A stretch of DNA of 64,000 nt from Rhina ancylostomus. Taxonomy: Eukaryota. Under the pieces are notes generated by a model. That model made no database searches and had not been told where the DNA came from. It saw only the letters and a program-made list of their open reading frames with translations. Of this stretch, positions 23,931 through 36,780 are shown piece after piece. The DNA lies in assembly GCA_030265395.1 (NCBI GenBank), contig JARFYF010000029.1, positions 15,833,150 to 15,897,149 on the forward strand. Reading direction: 5' to 3'. Positions within the stretch are counted from its first letter, which is position 1. Each line of letters opens with the position of its first letter. The position numbers and the translations under genes are program-made.

Positions 23931-24759
23931 AGTGTTAGATTTGTTTTACAGTGGCAGGTTCTGAAGTTCTTTTTGATCGTCCTCATGTGGTTGGCTAAGG
24001 AAGGAACTACTGAATTAAAGTTTTAAGGCAATCCACCAGCATCTTTTCTGGATAACCAGGGCTGGGTAATAGATGCTAGCCTTGCCAACTATACCCACAG
24101 GCCCAAGTATGAATAAAAAACAATTGCAGATTAGGAAAAGACCACTGAGAAGATGTTTTTGGAATGATTACTTCCCCACCTCATGATCATTCTATCCACC
24201 ATGTGACTCATTTTACAATACCAGAACTGAATCCTTCTGAGAGTAAAGTCAAGATCTCACCTGAGCAGCTGGAGTTGCAAATTCCACCCACTGAACCGGC
24301 AATGCAAGTTCATCTTGATCGTTGATCTAGGGGCCTGCAACCCCAGATTGCATGTCAGCTTAACTCGTGAATTTAATAACCATGTAAAAATAATGTTAAA
24401 GCTGCTTAGCGTCATGGAATATTTTAGTCAGTGGAATTGAACAAAGGACTACAAAACAATAAACTTCTGAATTTGTAAAAGGATTACACCAACTTACTCA
24501 GTTACATCTTAAAGTATTGATCTGCATTGAATGAAAGGTCAGTCACATACCATGGCATTTGAAAGAATGTCAAAACATAAAAAGAAACAGGATGAGGCCT
24601 TTCAGTCCCTTGTGGCCGCTCCAACATTCAATACGATGTTTTACCTCAGCACACTTTCCTGTACTGATTCCATATCGCTTGTTTCTTACAATGTCCAAAA
24701 ATCTACCAATTATCTGAATATTTTCAGCAAATGAGTTTCCACAGCACTCTTGGATAGAG

Positions 24760-25520
24760 AATTTAAAATATTCCCTGCCCAATGCGTGAAGACATTTCTC
24801 CTTATTTTTGTCTTGAATGGCCAGCAACCCCATTTGCCTTCCTAATTTCTTGCTGTACCCACATATCAGCTTTCAATAATGTATGTACAAACACCAACTA
24901 CCTTTCAATCTTTCACCATACAAGGAACCATCTAGTTTTTCATTTCTTCTACAAAAGTGGATGACCGCACATATTTCAACATTATATTTCATTTGTCTCT
25001 TCCTCCCTCATTCATTTGCCTGTCAGTACACTTCTGATGCCTGTTAGAATTCTTCTCAGAACATATACTGTTACTTAACATCAGCACACATGGATGTACT
25101 ACACTGGGTTCCCTCATCCAGACCAGTGTCATGGCTTCGTCGCACCTGAACATGACCCATTTATTCCTACTCTGTTTTCAATCCGTTAACCAATCCTCAA
25201 TCCACGTTAGTATATTGACCTCAATCCCGAGTGCTCTAATTCTGTTTAATAACCTCTTGCGTGGCATCTTCTGAAAGGACTACTGGACACCTAAATATAC
25301 CACTTCAATAAATCTCCCCCTTATCAATTTGATTTCTTTCATTCTCAAAGAATTCCAAAGGATTTGTCAAAGATGATTTCCCTTTTATGCTGACTCTGCC
25401 CAATGATATCACTATTGTTTCCAGTATTTTCCCATTCCAGTATTTCAATTGATGTCAGATTAATTAGTCTAGTTTCCCGTTTTCTCTGCCCCTCCTTTCT
25501 TAATAGTGGGGTCACTATTG
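24760..25520 (-). mobile_element. Old CR1 RT fragment
   Basis: Diverged reverse-complement CR1 RT segments (ccatttgccttcctaat…, atttgtcaaagatgatttccctttt…, ctcctttcttaatagtggggtcac). Confidence 0.65.
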
Positions 25521-25884
25521 CATTCTTAAATCATGGGACTGCATTCTTAAAAATTAAAAGTACGATCAAACAGTTTCCCCAGAGGTGTCTCAACCCCTAA
25601 TATCATGGAATATGTTCCCTGTAATATACACAAAGAGACAGGAGGATATTTGCTCTATAAATGGGATGATGACCAGTTTTTTTTCTAATTTCATTTTTTG
25701 ATCTGTAGGAGTCAAGGCCAGTATTTCCCGTTTATCTCTAATCACTCTCAAGAAGGTGGAGATGAACCTGCAGTCTTAACCAGAAACGTGAGGTAATTTC
25801 AGTTACATTCTCCCTCTTAATTTGTTGTGCCTCTCATTCTTATTTCCAAAGGGTACTTCAACCAAGGCAAGAAGCTCCTCTCAG

Positions 25885-26665
25885 AAAGAAGTGGAGTTCT
25901 CAAGCCTGCTTCACTATTCAATAAGATCATGGCTGATCTGATCTTGGCCTCAGCTCCACCTTCCTGCTTCCCCATGATCTCTAAATCACCTGCAGTCCAA
26001 AAATCTCTCAACCTTGAACATTCTCAATGACTTAGTGTCCACACTCCACTGCGGCATCAATTCCAAAGGTTCACACACTTTGAGAGAAGAAATTGCTCCT
26101 CATTTCTTTCTAAGTGCTCCTCATTTCTTCCTTGTTCTGACATTATGCCCTAAATTTTTCAATTCTCCAAAAGGGAAAATATTTTCTCAGGATCTACCTT
26201 CAGAATCTATGAACATTCCCATTCTTTTAAACTCCTGCTCAATGGTTCCCCAAAAGACAACCTCTTCATCTCATTAATCAACAGAGTTAACCTTGCTGAA
26301 CTGATTCCAATATAAATACATTTCTCTGAAGATTGGAAGCATTTCTCTATGTGGCACCACCAAAGCCCACTCAATTGCAGCAAGCCTTCCCTACTTTATC
26401 GGCCATCTGCTCTATGATGAAGGCCAAAGTTCCATTTGCCTTCCTAATCATGCTGCATCTGCATACTAACTTTCTGTGTTTCTTGTGTGAGAACACTCAG
26501 ACCCCTGAGAGGAACAGCATTCTTTTGACCTTCTCCATTTAAACAATATTATAGATTCCTAACTCTTCCTATCAATGTGGATAATGTCACATTTCCCCAC
26601 AATTGTACTCCACTTGCAACATTTTCACTACTCAATTAACCTACTTGTATGCCTGTGTGAACTCT
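25885..26665 (-). mobile_element. Old CR1 3' region, interrupted by a PLE and resuming at 28262
   Basis: CR1 tail cctgcttcactattcaataagatcatggctgatctg; RT continues …ttaacctacttgtatgcctgtgtgaactc and resumes as tttgtatccttc…gtcagcaaatttggctaca. Confidence 0.7.
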
Positions 26666-26669
26666 CTGT

Positions 26670-28260
26670 CTCAAATTCTCACACTGAGCAACTTCTCCTT
26701 CAACTCCACTCACTTTCTCCAAACCAAATGGTGTAGCCGTGGGCACTCACATGGGCCCAAGCTACAACTGTCTTTTTATGGACCACGTCTTCATTTCAGT
26801 TCCCCTCCCTCAACTCTTTTTCAGTCCATGACGACTGCATTGGTGCTACTTCCTACACTCGTACAGAATTTGAAAGTGTCATTTTGGTGCCAATTCCCAC
26901 CCTGCTAACACCTTCACATGGACAATCTCTGACTGTGGCTCTTCATCTCCACTTCAGGAAGATGGGTTTAGCACCAAGCCCACAGAGTTCCACAGCTACC
27001 TTGACTATACTTCCATCCACTCTGCCTCCTGTGAGGACTTCATTTCATTCTCCGAATTCCTCTGTCTCCATCATATTTGGTCCAATGACATGACATTCCA
27101 CAGGGTGCCTCCAAGTTGTTTTCTTCCTTCTTGAACCGTGGTTTCCCCTCTACCATGGTTGACAGAGCTCTTAGCCACATTTCTGTGCCCAGCCCCCCTC
27201 CTCCAGGTGAGAGCAAGGATAGACTTTCCCTCATCCTCAGCTTCCACCCCACCAACCTCTGCAATCAACGTATCATCCTCTGCAATTTCTGTCCCCACTG
27301 ATGAAATTCCACCTTATGACACATCAACTCCTCCCTTTTCAGCGTTCTAAAGGAACCAGTCCCTTCCTGATTTCCTCGACTGCTCTTCCATCCATGCCTG
27401 CTTGCTTCCTTCCTGCAGCACTTTCCCCAACTGCAAGAGATGCAGCAGCTGTCCTTTTACCTCTTCACTTTCCACCCTCCAAGGACCCAAACAGTCCTCC
27501 CAGGTGAAGCAGTGATTCACCTGCACTTGTTCCAATCCACTATACTGCATCGGGTGTTCACAATATAGTCTCCACTGCTTTGGAGAAGCCAAATGCAGAC
27601 TGGGGAACTGCTTTGCAGAGCACCTGTGCTCAGTTCACAGATGTGACCCTGAGCTTCCCTTTGCCTCCCACTTTAAATCTCCATCCCACTCTGACCTGTC
27701 CAGCTGTGCCCTCCAGCATTGTTATAACAAAGTTCAACTAAAGCTTAAGGAACGGGATCTCATCGTGTCCAGGAATGTTGCAACCTTCCAGCCTCAATAT
27801 CGAATTTTACTACTTCAGGTAACTCGCTTTCTTGGCTCGCTTCAGGATTGGCAGGATGAGACATTGGCTCAGTTGTTGCCTCTCCATTAACACAGCCTGA
27901 TCTGCTGGGCACGTCCTGGTGCTCTGCATTTCTTTGTCTGTGATCTCACTCTTTAACTTGCCTCATTTTATAACTTTTATGACCCTTTGTTCAGACTCCC
28001 ACTCTAAGTACCCCATTAATACATCAACTTGAATTACTTCATTTACAGCTCATCCCCAAGGCAACCCTGGCCTCATTTTATCAAAGGTATTTACTTTGTA
28101 CAATCCAAATCTCCCACACCCTCTCTGCAGCTTAAGCCAACTTATTTTCTATCTTCCTTGGTGCTGTGGAAGGATCTTCAACTCGAAAGGTAAACTCGGC
28201 TTCACTTTCCACAAATGCTGCCTGACCTGCTAGTGTTTCCTGCAATTTCTACTTTTATCT
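26670..28260 (+). mobile_element. Penelope-like retroelement (RT C-half, GIY-YIG endonuclease, terminal repeat), degenerate
   Basis: ILTLSNFSFNSTHFLQTK/GVAVGTHMGP (RT motif B), HDDCIG (YxDD relic), FLNRGFPSTMVDRAL, QVKQ*FTCTCSNPLYCIGCSQYSLHCFGEAKCRLGNCFAEHLCSV (GIY-YIG), then the family terminus. Confidence 0.9.
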
Positions 28261-28261
28261 T

Positions 28262-28435
28262 AGCGTCTTTGTATCCTTCTTGAAAAGGCTTTCTTCCCTA
28301 TCTTTGCAGTGTCAGCAAATTTGGCTACAATGCACTCAGTTCCTTCATCCCTATGTACTGAGGCCCTAGCACTGATGCTCATAGCTCCCTACTTGTTATA
28401 GCTTGCCAACCTGATCACCCATTCATTCCAATTTT
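28262..28435 (-). mobile_element. Continuation of the CR1 split by the PLE
   Basis: cctatctttgcagtgtcagcaaatttggctacaa is the reverse complement of the (K)FADTAKIG RT relic. Confidence 0.65.
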
Positions 28436-28499
28436 CATTTNNNNNNNNNNGTTAATATGTAGGGTTCTGAAGTCATCTTCCAATGAGTTACATATGAAA

Positions 28500-28620
28500 T
28501 GCCCATTCCAAAGATGTACGGGTAGGTTAACATGGGGGTTTAAAATTGGCGGCATGGACTCATTGGGCCAGAAGGGCCTGTTACCACGCTGTAAATAAAA
28601 TATTAAAAATTTAAATTTAT
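28500..28620 (+). mobile_element. V-SINE (HE1-like) 3' fragment
   Basis: cattccaaagatgtacgggtaggttaacatggggg…gggccagaagggcctgttaccacgctgtaaataaaa; CR1-like 3' tail. Confidence 0.85.
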
Positions 28621-29624
28621 ATTCATGTGGAAATGAGTGAAAATTATCAAAGCATAAGAAGAACATGGTACTAGTCCACAGTACAGGGAGAATGATGATT
28701 TCACCAGTACTAACCATCTCTTTGCTCCTATAGGAAAGTTTTCCATGGTGGGAAGGGAACTCTGTCCTTTACAATTTAGCCATTGTTCCACTTTATTAAT
28801 ACAAGCAGAGAAGCATATTTAATTTCCGTGATTTTAAGGAGTGCACATGAAGTAAGCAATATGTCCAAGCTATAATCTGTCATAATGGTCACTAAATAAT
28901 TATGTATCATGAAGTCAGGCTGTTACAGTGCTGCTATAGAATTGAAAATTTAAATATGCTGTGACTTTAAATTATAAACTAGAGCTGCCTGTTCATTTAT
29001 GAAACACATGTAAGGTGGTGGGAGATCTTAGCAAGGCCTGTATTAATTGTATACCTTGAGGCATGACTACATTGTTCAGTTCCTTTTCAAATGTAGCCCT
29101 GGATTGGCTTATGTTGGAAGGTTCCATCAGGCACTTTGGTCTTCTTCCACATCTGTTCCAACATCTTGCAGATGGCGTGCACGACACTGAGCTTTCTCCC
29201 ATGTTCTGCCAAGTATTTCATCCTGCAGTGGTCAGCAGAGAGTGCCCTGAAACACAAAGGAGAACAACTCTCTTGCTACTCAACTAACGCAAGTGTTTCC
29301 ACTGCTGGCCAACAAACACAGAGCTTAAAACCCGCATATCACTGCTAAAAGGACAGATAATCAAAGTTTAAAATACTAGCCAACTGGTATTGCAGCCGGT
29401 TTTTGACCAACGGATTCTCAGAAAAGTTTAAATGTGTATCAAAATAAACAATTCTTCTAGAACCTACTATGATAATTCTTGCCTGTTCTACTTGGCTTTG
29501 AGTGGCCATGTGAACAAAAAGCAGCCTTAAGCAATTAGTCAGCATTTACCATGTTGCATTTGGCTGAATGAGAGTTGCAGCTGCCGCCTTCTGGCACTGA
29601 TCCATTCAATTGTAAGAGATGAAA

Positions 29625-29755
29625 GCTACACATTCACTTCTTCTCACACCATTGTCCAAAGACCCAAATTACCCTTGCAGGTGAGACTTCAAATCACTTG
29701 CCCTGTTCCACTCTAAATTTATTGCATTTGTTGCTCCAGGTGCAATCTCCCATCA
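29625..29755 (+). mobile_element. Small PLE GIY-YIG fragment
   Basis: ccaaagacccaaattacccttgcaggtgagac…ttattgcatttgttgctcca parallels 27478-27570. Confidence 0.5.
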
Positions 29756-30529
29756 ACAACGCTTTACATCTGAAGTTCCCTCTTACACTTGAGCCACTTT
29801 CCATGTGGAGCCAATGCACTGGGAGAAGTCCCTGAGATCCGTTACTGCATCTCCTGATGTCTGTATTCACAGGAATGTGGGAAACCAGTCAAATAGCAGT
29901 CAAGGATAATACAGATCTCAGGAAAATTAAAGGAGAAAATTAGAACAGCAACAAAGAAACAGCTTCCAGTTCTTTATAATTCTTATTTGTCACAGTTTGG
30001 ACATGACTTTTCTGGCACCAAGCGTAGGACTGGCATATTTACTCATTTCAGAAAACAATAAATCTGAAATCAGTCTTCCATGAGGAAAATGTACCAAATT
30101 GTTCTGAGCAAAAACGAAAGAGAATTTGGACTGCCAAAAAAACCCACAACTGAAACAAATCACACCAATATTTTTCAATTGCCTTTTGGAAAACATGTTT
30201 TTGTAAAGTATTTCAAAGTAATCTCTTTCAGACACTTGAAGGATAAGTATACTTTCCAAAATAGTACAATTAAACTTTTCTATAAAACCTTCTGTGTCCT
30301 TCTTCAAAATCCTTGACCTACAGTGGATATCCTTCCCACAACTATCACTCGTTCAAATTCAGTTCAGTCACAGATGCCAGCAAGCTGGAATTCATGTGAG
30401 CGCAGGACAGAGAATGTCCCAACATGCAGTCTGAGCAGAATACATTTCATTCCTCAGGCTATAATCATATTTGTAAATTTTCTTTGCTAACTATTTAAAC
30501 ATTTAGTAATGCTTTTTAGACAGTGTTAG

Positions 30530-30607
30530 AAAAGCAAAATACTGCAAATCCAGAAGTCTCTCTACAGATGCTGCCTGAGCTGCTGGATGTTACCAACATT
30601 TTCTGTT
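30530..30607. mobile_element. Collapsed fold-back PLE terminus
   Basis: aaagcaaaatactgcaaat is joined to inverted tctctacagatgctgcctgagctgctggatgttaccaacattttctgtt. Confidence 0.55.
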
Positions 30608-30690
30608 AATAACCATGAGTTTTACTAATTTTGAGCATGTAGGATGTTTTGTTGAAAAACATACATCTTCTGCTATTCAATAACCACTTA

Positions 30691-30745
30691 GGGGAGGGGG
30701 AGGGGGAGGGGGAGGGAAGGGAGAGAGAGAGGGGGAGGGGAGGGA
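30691..30745 (+). repeat. (GGGGGA)n purine-rich low-complexity tract next to a gap
   Basis: ggggagggggagggggagggggagggaagggagagagagagggggagggaggga; G-quadruplex capable. Confidence 0.9.
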
Positions 30746-31329
30746 NNNNNNNNNNNNNNNNNNNNNNGAGAAGCGAAAGACTGGTGTAAGGTGCCCTTTT
30801 CCACACCTGAACTAACACCATGGCAGTATGGTATCTCCCTCAATAGTGTCAGAGCAAACATGCAAAAAAAAAGAATAAAAAATTAAATACTAGATTGCTC
30901 TAAAATATAACAAAATCTCATCATTTAATTGGCTTCTGACTCATTTGCAGTATTATTCATTTTTTTCCATCCTTTAATACTCTTACCTAATACAAATGTG
31001 GTAATCCTAACATCTGCAGCTCATCCATGCAGTTAGAGTAATCTAAATCCACAAAAGAATGAGTTGTATTTTTGTGCAGACAACTTGTCTCTTGCTATTT
31101 TCTTCAAATAGTTTCTCACCAAAACCTTCTAAGTGACAGAGCCACTGGCTATTACTAATCGTGTCCTCTCCATTCCCAATTTGCTTCCAGAATACACACG
31201 TCCTAAGAACTTCTGGTTAAGCAGACCCACTTAACTCAAGTTATTTTTGTGCCCTTTCACTGGTGCATTTTGTCTGCAGACCTCAAAACCATTAGATTAA
31301 ACCTCTTGCTTATGCCTTTACCATCTTCC

Positions 31330-31520
31330 CTTCCTGACGCTATAGTCCCTTTTAACATGCAATCTCTCCCTACCCCCACCCACCTTCCCCTTTTGCTCTC
31401 TTCTCCCCTCCCCACATTCTTTGCATCTTAAAACATTTTATCTCTAGCTTTTCCCAATTCTGATGAAAGGTCATTGACTTGAAACTGTTTCTTGCTCCAC
31501 AGAAGCTGCTTCACCTGCTT
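31330..31520 (+). mobile_element. PLE terminal repeat with hammerhead-like core
   Basis: CTGATGA-A-AGGTC-ATT-GACTT-GAAAC at 31460-31485, inside the family terminus. Confidence 0.7.
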
Positions 31521-31559
31521 TCTATTTATTCCATAAATATTTTCTCACTAAGGTACCAT

Positions 31560-32998
31560 CAGTGTTTTCTTCCATGAAACTCTATACTGAACAAGTTCTT
31601 TTCCCAGGTGGCTTTGACCTCCTCCCATTGCATAACTTTCTCCAAGCTCACTTTCTTGCTTTTCTTCCTTAATCTCTTCCTCTAACTAAATCCCAACCTA
31701 TAGTTAGTTATCTCTTTAACCTTGCTTCTCCTATCTTCTCAATCACAGAATCGCATCTCTGATCATTTCCTTGCATCTCTCACCTTCAATGTACCACTTC
31801 CCTCCCACTCCCAATTACCTTACACTTGCACTTTAAGATCTTAATGACCAACCAGTGACCTTCTATTCACTGTGACATTGTGGCAGCTACTGATGTGCTC
31901 AATCACACCCTCACTCAGATGCTACTGAGATGTATTTAAGGCAGAAATCAATAGGATCTTGACTGGTAAGGGAGAAGGCAGGAGAATTGAAAAAAAAAAT
32001 CAGCCATGATCGAATGGTGGAGCAGCTCGATGGGCTAAACGGCCTAATTCTGCTCCTAGGTCTTATGGTCTTACCTCCACCCATGATGCTCTGGTCCCCA
32101 ATGAAACAATTACTGTCTCTTGCTATGGCTTCTTTCCAGGCTGACCCAGACCTCTCCTCCCTTAAGCAGACTTGAACAGATATAACAAGGAACTGACTGA
32201 GCCATTCATTACAGATCTGGCAAAATCATAAAAGGCATTCTCCTGTCTACCCCTATCTGCCAACTGAGCTTCCCAGTCCAAGACAGCAAAAACTTGCTTA
32301 CTTTCCTCCACATAAACCCTCTCTACCTCTAACATTGTGCAAGTAATCCCTTTGTCCCCGAGACGGAGACCATCTCCATTAAACAATCCACTGGGACAAG
32401 CCCTACCCCAGCCCTTAACTTCTATCTTCAGGTTCTTCTCCTACATCCACTCTTACCCTGGATCTCAATGTGTCCAACTCCTGCTGCCTCAGTCCTGTTC
32501 CAAAAACATTTAATGGTTCTCTCCCCACAAGCACTGAGTCCGTCTCCCTTAAATATGTCTTTATCAGCTCTCTCCTCAAACGACAACATGTCCCTTTGGA
32601 GTCCACCAGCATATCTCCAAAGTATTTAAGTGCATTGGAGCCTCCCGAATCTGTGCTCCTCTTTCTCAAAATCCCTTGTCAGAATCCGTCCAATTAGGAG
32701 TCTGCCACAGTACCAAAATGGTTCTTGCCAAAGCTATTAAAAACATCCTGTGAGCCTATGACAATGGTGATCTATCCATCTACGTTCTTCTCAATACTTT
32801 GCTAAGGTTTACCCCACTTACCTCTGTCATTGTCTTGCTGGGAGGAATCTTGTTCAATTCTTGCCTGTTTGGGTGAACCCAGAGAATCACTTACAATTAA
32901 TTCTCTTCCCAGTCCTGCAACGTTACTTCCGGTTAGCAGGTATCTATTCTTGACACCGTCCTTATTCCTTAGCTACAAGCTGGTCTTCAGCATTGTCA
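31560..32998 (+). mobile_element. Degenerate L2-clade LINE (RT N-terminal half)
   Basis: Relics KYVFISSLLKRQ (for KxAxIxPLLKK), GVCHSTKMVLAKAIKNIL (for GFRxxHSTETALxKVxNDIL), and a frameshifted QGSILGPxLF-like stretch at ~32935-32975. Confidence 0.7.
31925..32073 (+). mobile_element. CR1 3' tail inserted into the L2
   Basis: atttaaggcagaaatcaataggatcttg…tcagccatgatcgaatggtggagcagctcgatgggctaaacggcctaattctgctcctaggtcttatggtctta. Confidence 0.85.
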
Positions 32999-34680
32999 TA
33001 GAACATAGAACAGTACAGCACTGTACAGGCCCTTTGGCCCACGATTTGCCAACCTATAGAAACCTTATCCCCATGCAATCTATCCCCCTCTCTACCTCAC
33101 CTCCCACAACCCTCAATTTTTCTTTCATCCATGTGTTCATCTAATAGTCTCTTAAATAACCCTATCACATGGGCCCCTACCACCACTTCTGACAGTGCAT
33201 TCAAGGTACTCACCACTCTCTGTGTAAAAAACCTACCTCTGACATCTCCCCTGAACTTTCCTCCATGCACCTTAAACGGGTGACCTCTAGTATTGGCCAA
33301 TGCTACCTTGGGGAAAAGATGCTGGCTGCCCACGCTTCTCATAATCTTATACACCTCTATCAAGTCTCCTCTCATCCTCTGTCTCTCCAAGGAGAAAAGC
33401 CCAAACTTGCTCAACCTCTCCTCATTAGACATGCTCTCCAACCCAGGTTGCATCCTTGTAAATCTCCTCTGCACCCTCTCCAAAGCTTCCACATCCTTCC
33501 TAATAACGTGGTGACCAGAACTGAACACAATATTCCAAGTGTAGAGCTGCAGCAATACCTCTCAGCTCTTGAACTCAATCCCCCTCAGCTCTTGAACTCA
33601 ATCCCCCAGCTAATGAAGGCCAGCACACCATATGCCACATGCCACCTTAACCGCCCTATCTACTTATGAGGTAACTTTGAAGGATCTATGTACTTGGACC
33701 CCATGATCTCTGTGTTCCTCCACACTGCTAAGAATCCTGCCATTAACTATGTACTTTGCCTTCAAGTTCATTCTTCTAAAGTGTATCACTTCACACTTCT
33801 CCAGACTGAACCCCATCTGCCACTTCTCCACCCAGCTCTGCATCCTATCTAAATCCTGTTGGAACCTGTGACAACCTTCTTCACTATCTACTACATCACC
33901 AACCTTTGTGTCATCTGCAAATTTACTAATCTATCCTTTCACTTCCTCATCCAGATCATTTATAAAAATCACAAAGAGCAGGGGTGCCAGAACAGATCCC
34001 TGCAGAACACCACTAGTCATGGACCTCCAGGTCAAATACTCCCCTTCTACAACCACCTTGTGGGAAAGCCAATTCCGAATCCACACAGTCAGTTTTCTAT
34101 GGATCCCATACCTCATGACTTTCTGAATGAGCCTACCATGGGGAACCTTGTCAAATGCCTTGGTAAAATCAATATACACCACATCCACCGCACTACCTTC
34201 ATCAATGTCTTGTCACTTCCTCAAAAGGCTCTATTAGGCTTGTGAGGCATGACCTACCCTTCACAAAGCCATGTTGATTATTCCTAATAAGACTATGCTT
34301 CTCCAAATGCTCATAAATCCTGTTCCTAAGAATCCTCTCCAATAGTTTGCCCACCACTGATATAAGATTCACTGGTCCATAATTCCAGGGATTATCCCTT
34401 TTACCTTCCTTGACCAATGAAACAATGTTTGCCATCCTCTAATCCTCCGGTACCAATCCTGTGGTCAGGGAGGACGCAAAGATCATCGTTAACGCTCCAG
34501 CAATCTCTTCCCTTGCTTCCCACGGTAACCTGAGATATATCCCGTCTGACCCCGGGGACTTATCTATCCTAATGCTTTTTAATAGCCCCAATACTTTCTT
34601 AACCTTGACATGCTCCAACACATTTTCTGGTTCTATGCTACCCTCACATTTGTCTAAGTCCCTCTCCCTGATGAACATTG
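32998..34680 (-). mobile_element. CR1 (HER1-like) LINE, ORF2 RT domain plus 3' UTR
   Basis: ORF pieces [100 protein letters not shown]; tail (ttctatg)n at 32998-33011. Confidence 0.95.
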
Positions 34681-34699
34681 AAACAGAAGCTGTTCCTCT

Positions 34700-34930
34700 G
34701 TCATTGAGAGTGGGTCTTCAAGCTCGTGTACCTCCTCCCCAGTGGTGGTAATGAGAACAGGGCATGTCCCAGATGGTGAGATTCCTTCATGATGGATGCC
34801 GCCTTCTTGAGGCACTGCTTCTTGAAGATGTCCTCAATGGTGGGAAGTGTTGTGACCATGATGGAGCTGGCTGAGTCTACAACCCTCTGCAGTCTCTCAC
34901 GATCCTGTGCACTGGAGCCTCCGTGTCTCC
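34700..34930 (-). mobile_element. Rex1/Babar-type LINE 3' fragment
   Basis: SAQDRERLQRVVDSASSIMVTTLPTIEDIFKKQCLKKAASIMKESHHLGHALFSLPPLGRRYTSLKTH is the typical Rex1/Babar ORF C-terminus. Confidence 0.85.
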
Positions 34931-35074
34931 AGACTGAATTATTCCCACATGGATACTGCTGCAAGGGTCAGCATTTATTGCCCATTGCCCTAGAGAAGGT
35001 GACCCACTTGCTTCCCTTGAGAAAGATTCCCTTGTAATCTATTCTCATTCAAATGCCCATTAACACCCATCTTA

Positions 35075-35272
35075 TACTCAATTTACAGTAGCTGATTAAC
35101 CTACCAATCTACCAACCAGCATATTTTTGGGATATGGGATGAATCCAGAACATCCACTGATCAAAAGAAGAATGTGCAAACTCCACACAGACAGCATCCA
35201 AGGTCAGGATTGAACCCAAGTTGCTGGATCTCTGAAGCAACAGGATCACCTGCTGCATCACTGTCCCACCCT
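35075..35272 (-). mobile_element. Older V-SINE copy
   Basis: ttttgggatatgggatgaatccagaacatcc…gaagaatgtgcaaactccacacagacagcatccaaggtcaggattgaaccc (tRNA B-box on minus). Confidence 0.75.
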
Positions 35273-35714
35273 ACCCGTAGGTCTGTGAAGCCACAAAGTT
35301 AAGCTGAACCCCTGCGAATCATAGGTTGGTCCACAGCTTGTCTTGTCTCCATTTCCGGCTACTGTTCTTTGGAAAGGAAGCCAGTACATTAGAAAGATGC
35401 AAAAAAAAATAGAATTGCTGGATTGGAACAAAGTGTGGGAATCACTTTGTGGTAGGATTGCAGGAGCTGAGGCTATTCTCCTTTGGAGTAAATAACATTA
35501 TGAGAGTGTTAGTAGAACTTTTAAAAATGAATGTATTTATTGAGATAGACGTTTACATTTGGTTCCTAGTTAGTGCCTGCTTAAAGGATGTTAGGGGATC
35601 ATTACACATAGACTTCAAGCAGTGAAGTGAATTTGAGGTACGTTATGCTTTTAATGCCTCATCAGAAATGCAAGGGTTTATATATCAGGGAAAAAGCAAA
35701 CAACTGGGTCTTCT

Positions 35715-36209
35715 TACTCAGGAGTTGGGACATTGTGTTGGAGTTGTATAACTCGTTGGTGAGGCTGCACTTGGAGTCCTGTGTACAGTTTTGGTCACCC
35801 TGTTATAGGATAGATGGTTCAACTGGAAAGAGTGCAGAGAAGATTTACAAGGATGTTGCCAGGACTAGAGGGCCTGACTTATAGGGAGAGGTTGGTCAGG
35901 CTATGTCTTTATTCCTTGGAACATAAGAGAATGAGGGGAGATCTTATAGAAGAATTTAAAATTAGAAGAGGCATAGATAAGGTGGATGGTAATGGTTTTG
36001 TCCCCAGGGTAGGGGAGTCCAAAACGAGGAGGCATAGATTTAGGGTGAGAGGGGAAAGATTTAAAAGGGACCTGATTGGCAACTTTTTCAATCAGTGGGT
36101 GGTGAGTATATAGAATAAACTGCCAGAGGAAGTGGGTGAAGCAGGTACAATAGTATCATTTAAGAAGCACTTGTATAGGTACATGGAGGGGCAGGGCTCA
36201 GAGGGATAT
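35715..36209 (+). mobile_element. CR1 LINE 3' fragment
   Basis: LYNSLVRLHLESCVQFWSPCY, QLERVQRRFTRMLPGLEGLTYRERL, RMRGDLIE. Confidence 0.92.
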
Positions 36210-36309
36210 NNNNNNNNNNNNNNNNNNNNNNNNNNNNNNNNNNNNNNNNNNNNNNNNNNNNNNNNNNNNNNNNNNNNNNNNNNNNNNNNNNNNNNNNNNN
36301 NNNNNNNNN

Positions 36310-36780
36310 ACTGGTCATACCTAGCCCAGAAGAGATCCCAATGATCCACAAATCTGAACGCCTGCCCCAACTCTTCAGCCACTCATTAGTCTGCCATATC
36401 TTCCATTCTATCCCTCCCGGGCACGTGGCACAGGTAACAATCCAGAGATTACTACCCTTGAGGTCCTGCTTTTTAGCTTCTTTCCTAACTCCCAATACTC
36501 GCTCTTAAGAACCTCATCCCTTACCTTACCTATGTCATTGGTGCCAATGTGCACCACGACTTCTGACTCCTCCCCCTCCCCCTTAAGAATGTTCTGCATT
36601 CGACCTAAGACGTCCCTGACCCTGGCACCTGGGAGGCAACATACCATCCCGGAGTCTCGTTCTTGTCTACAGAATCTCCTGTCTGTCCCCCAAACCAACA
36701 AATCCCTTATTACCATCGCACTCCTTGTCCCCTGCCCCCCTTCCCTTCTGAGCCACAGAGCCAGACTCCGCCCCAGAGAC
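36310..36780 (-). mobile_element. CR1 ORF1 fragment (SGNH/GDSL esterase domain)
   Basis: VIRDLLVWGTDRRFC…VCCLPGARVRDV…EVVVHIGTNDIG…SRTSRVVISGLLPVPRA, then FRFVDHWDLFW: the esterase domain known from CR1 ORF1. Confidence 0.9.

Noticed and set aside
33561-33604. 22-bp tandem duplication (ctcagctcttgaactcaatccc x2)
   Set aside because: Local slippage within a dead CR1; two units only, not a CRISPR-like or functional array.
36408-36716. Host or horizontally acquired SGNH/GDSL esterase gene
   Set aside because: Matches the esterase domain of CR1 ORF1; frameshifted and embedded in a LINE cluster.
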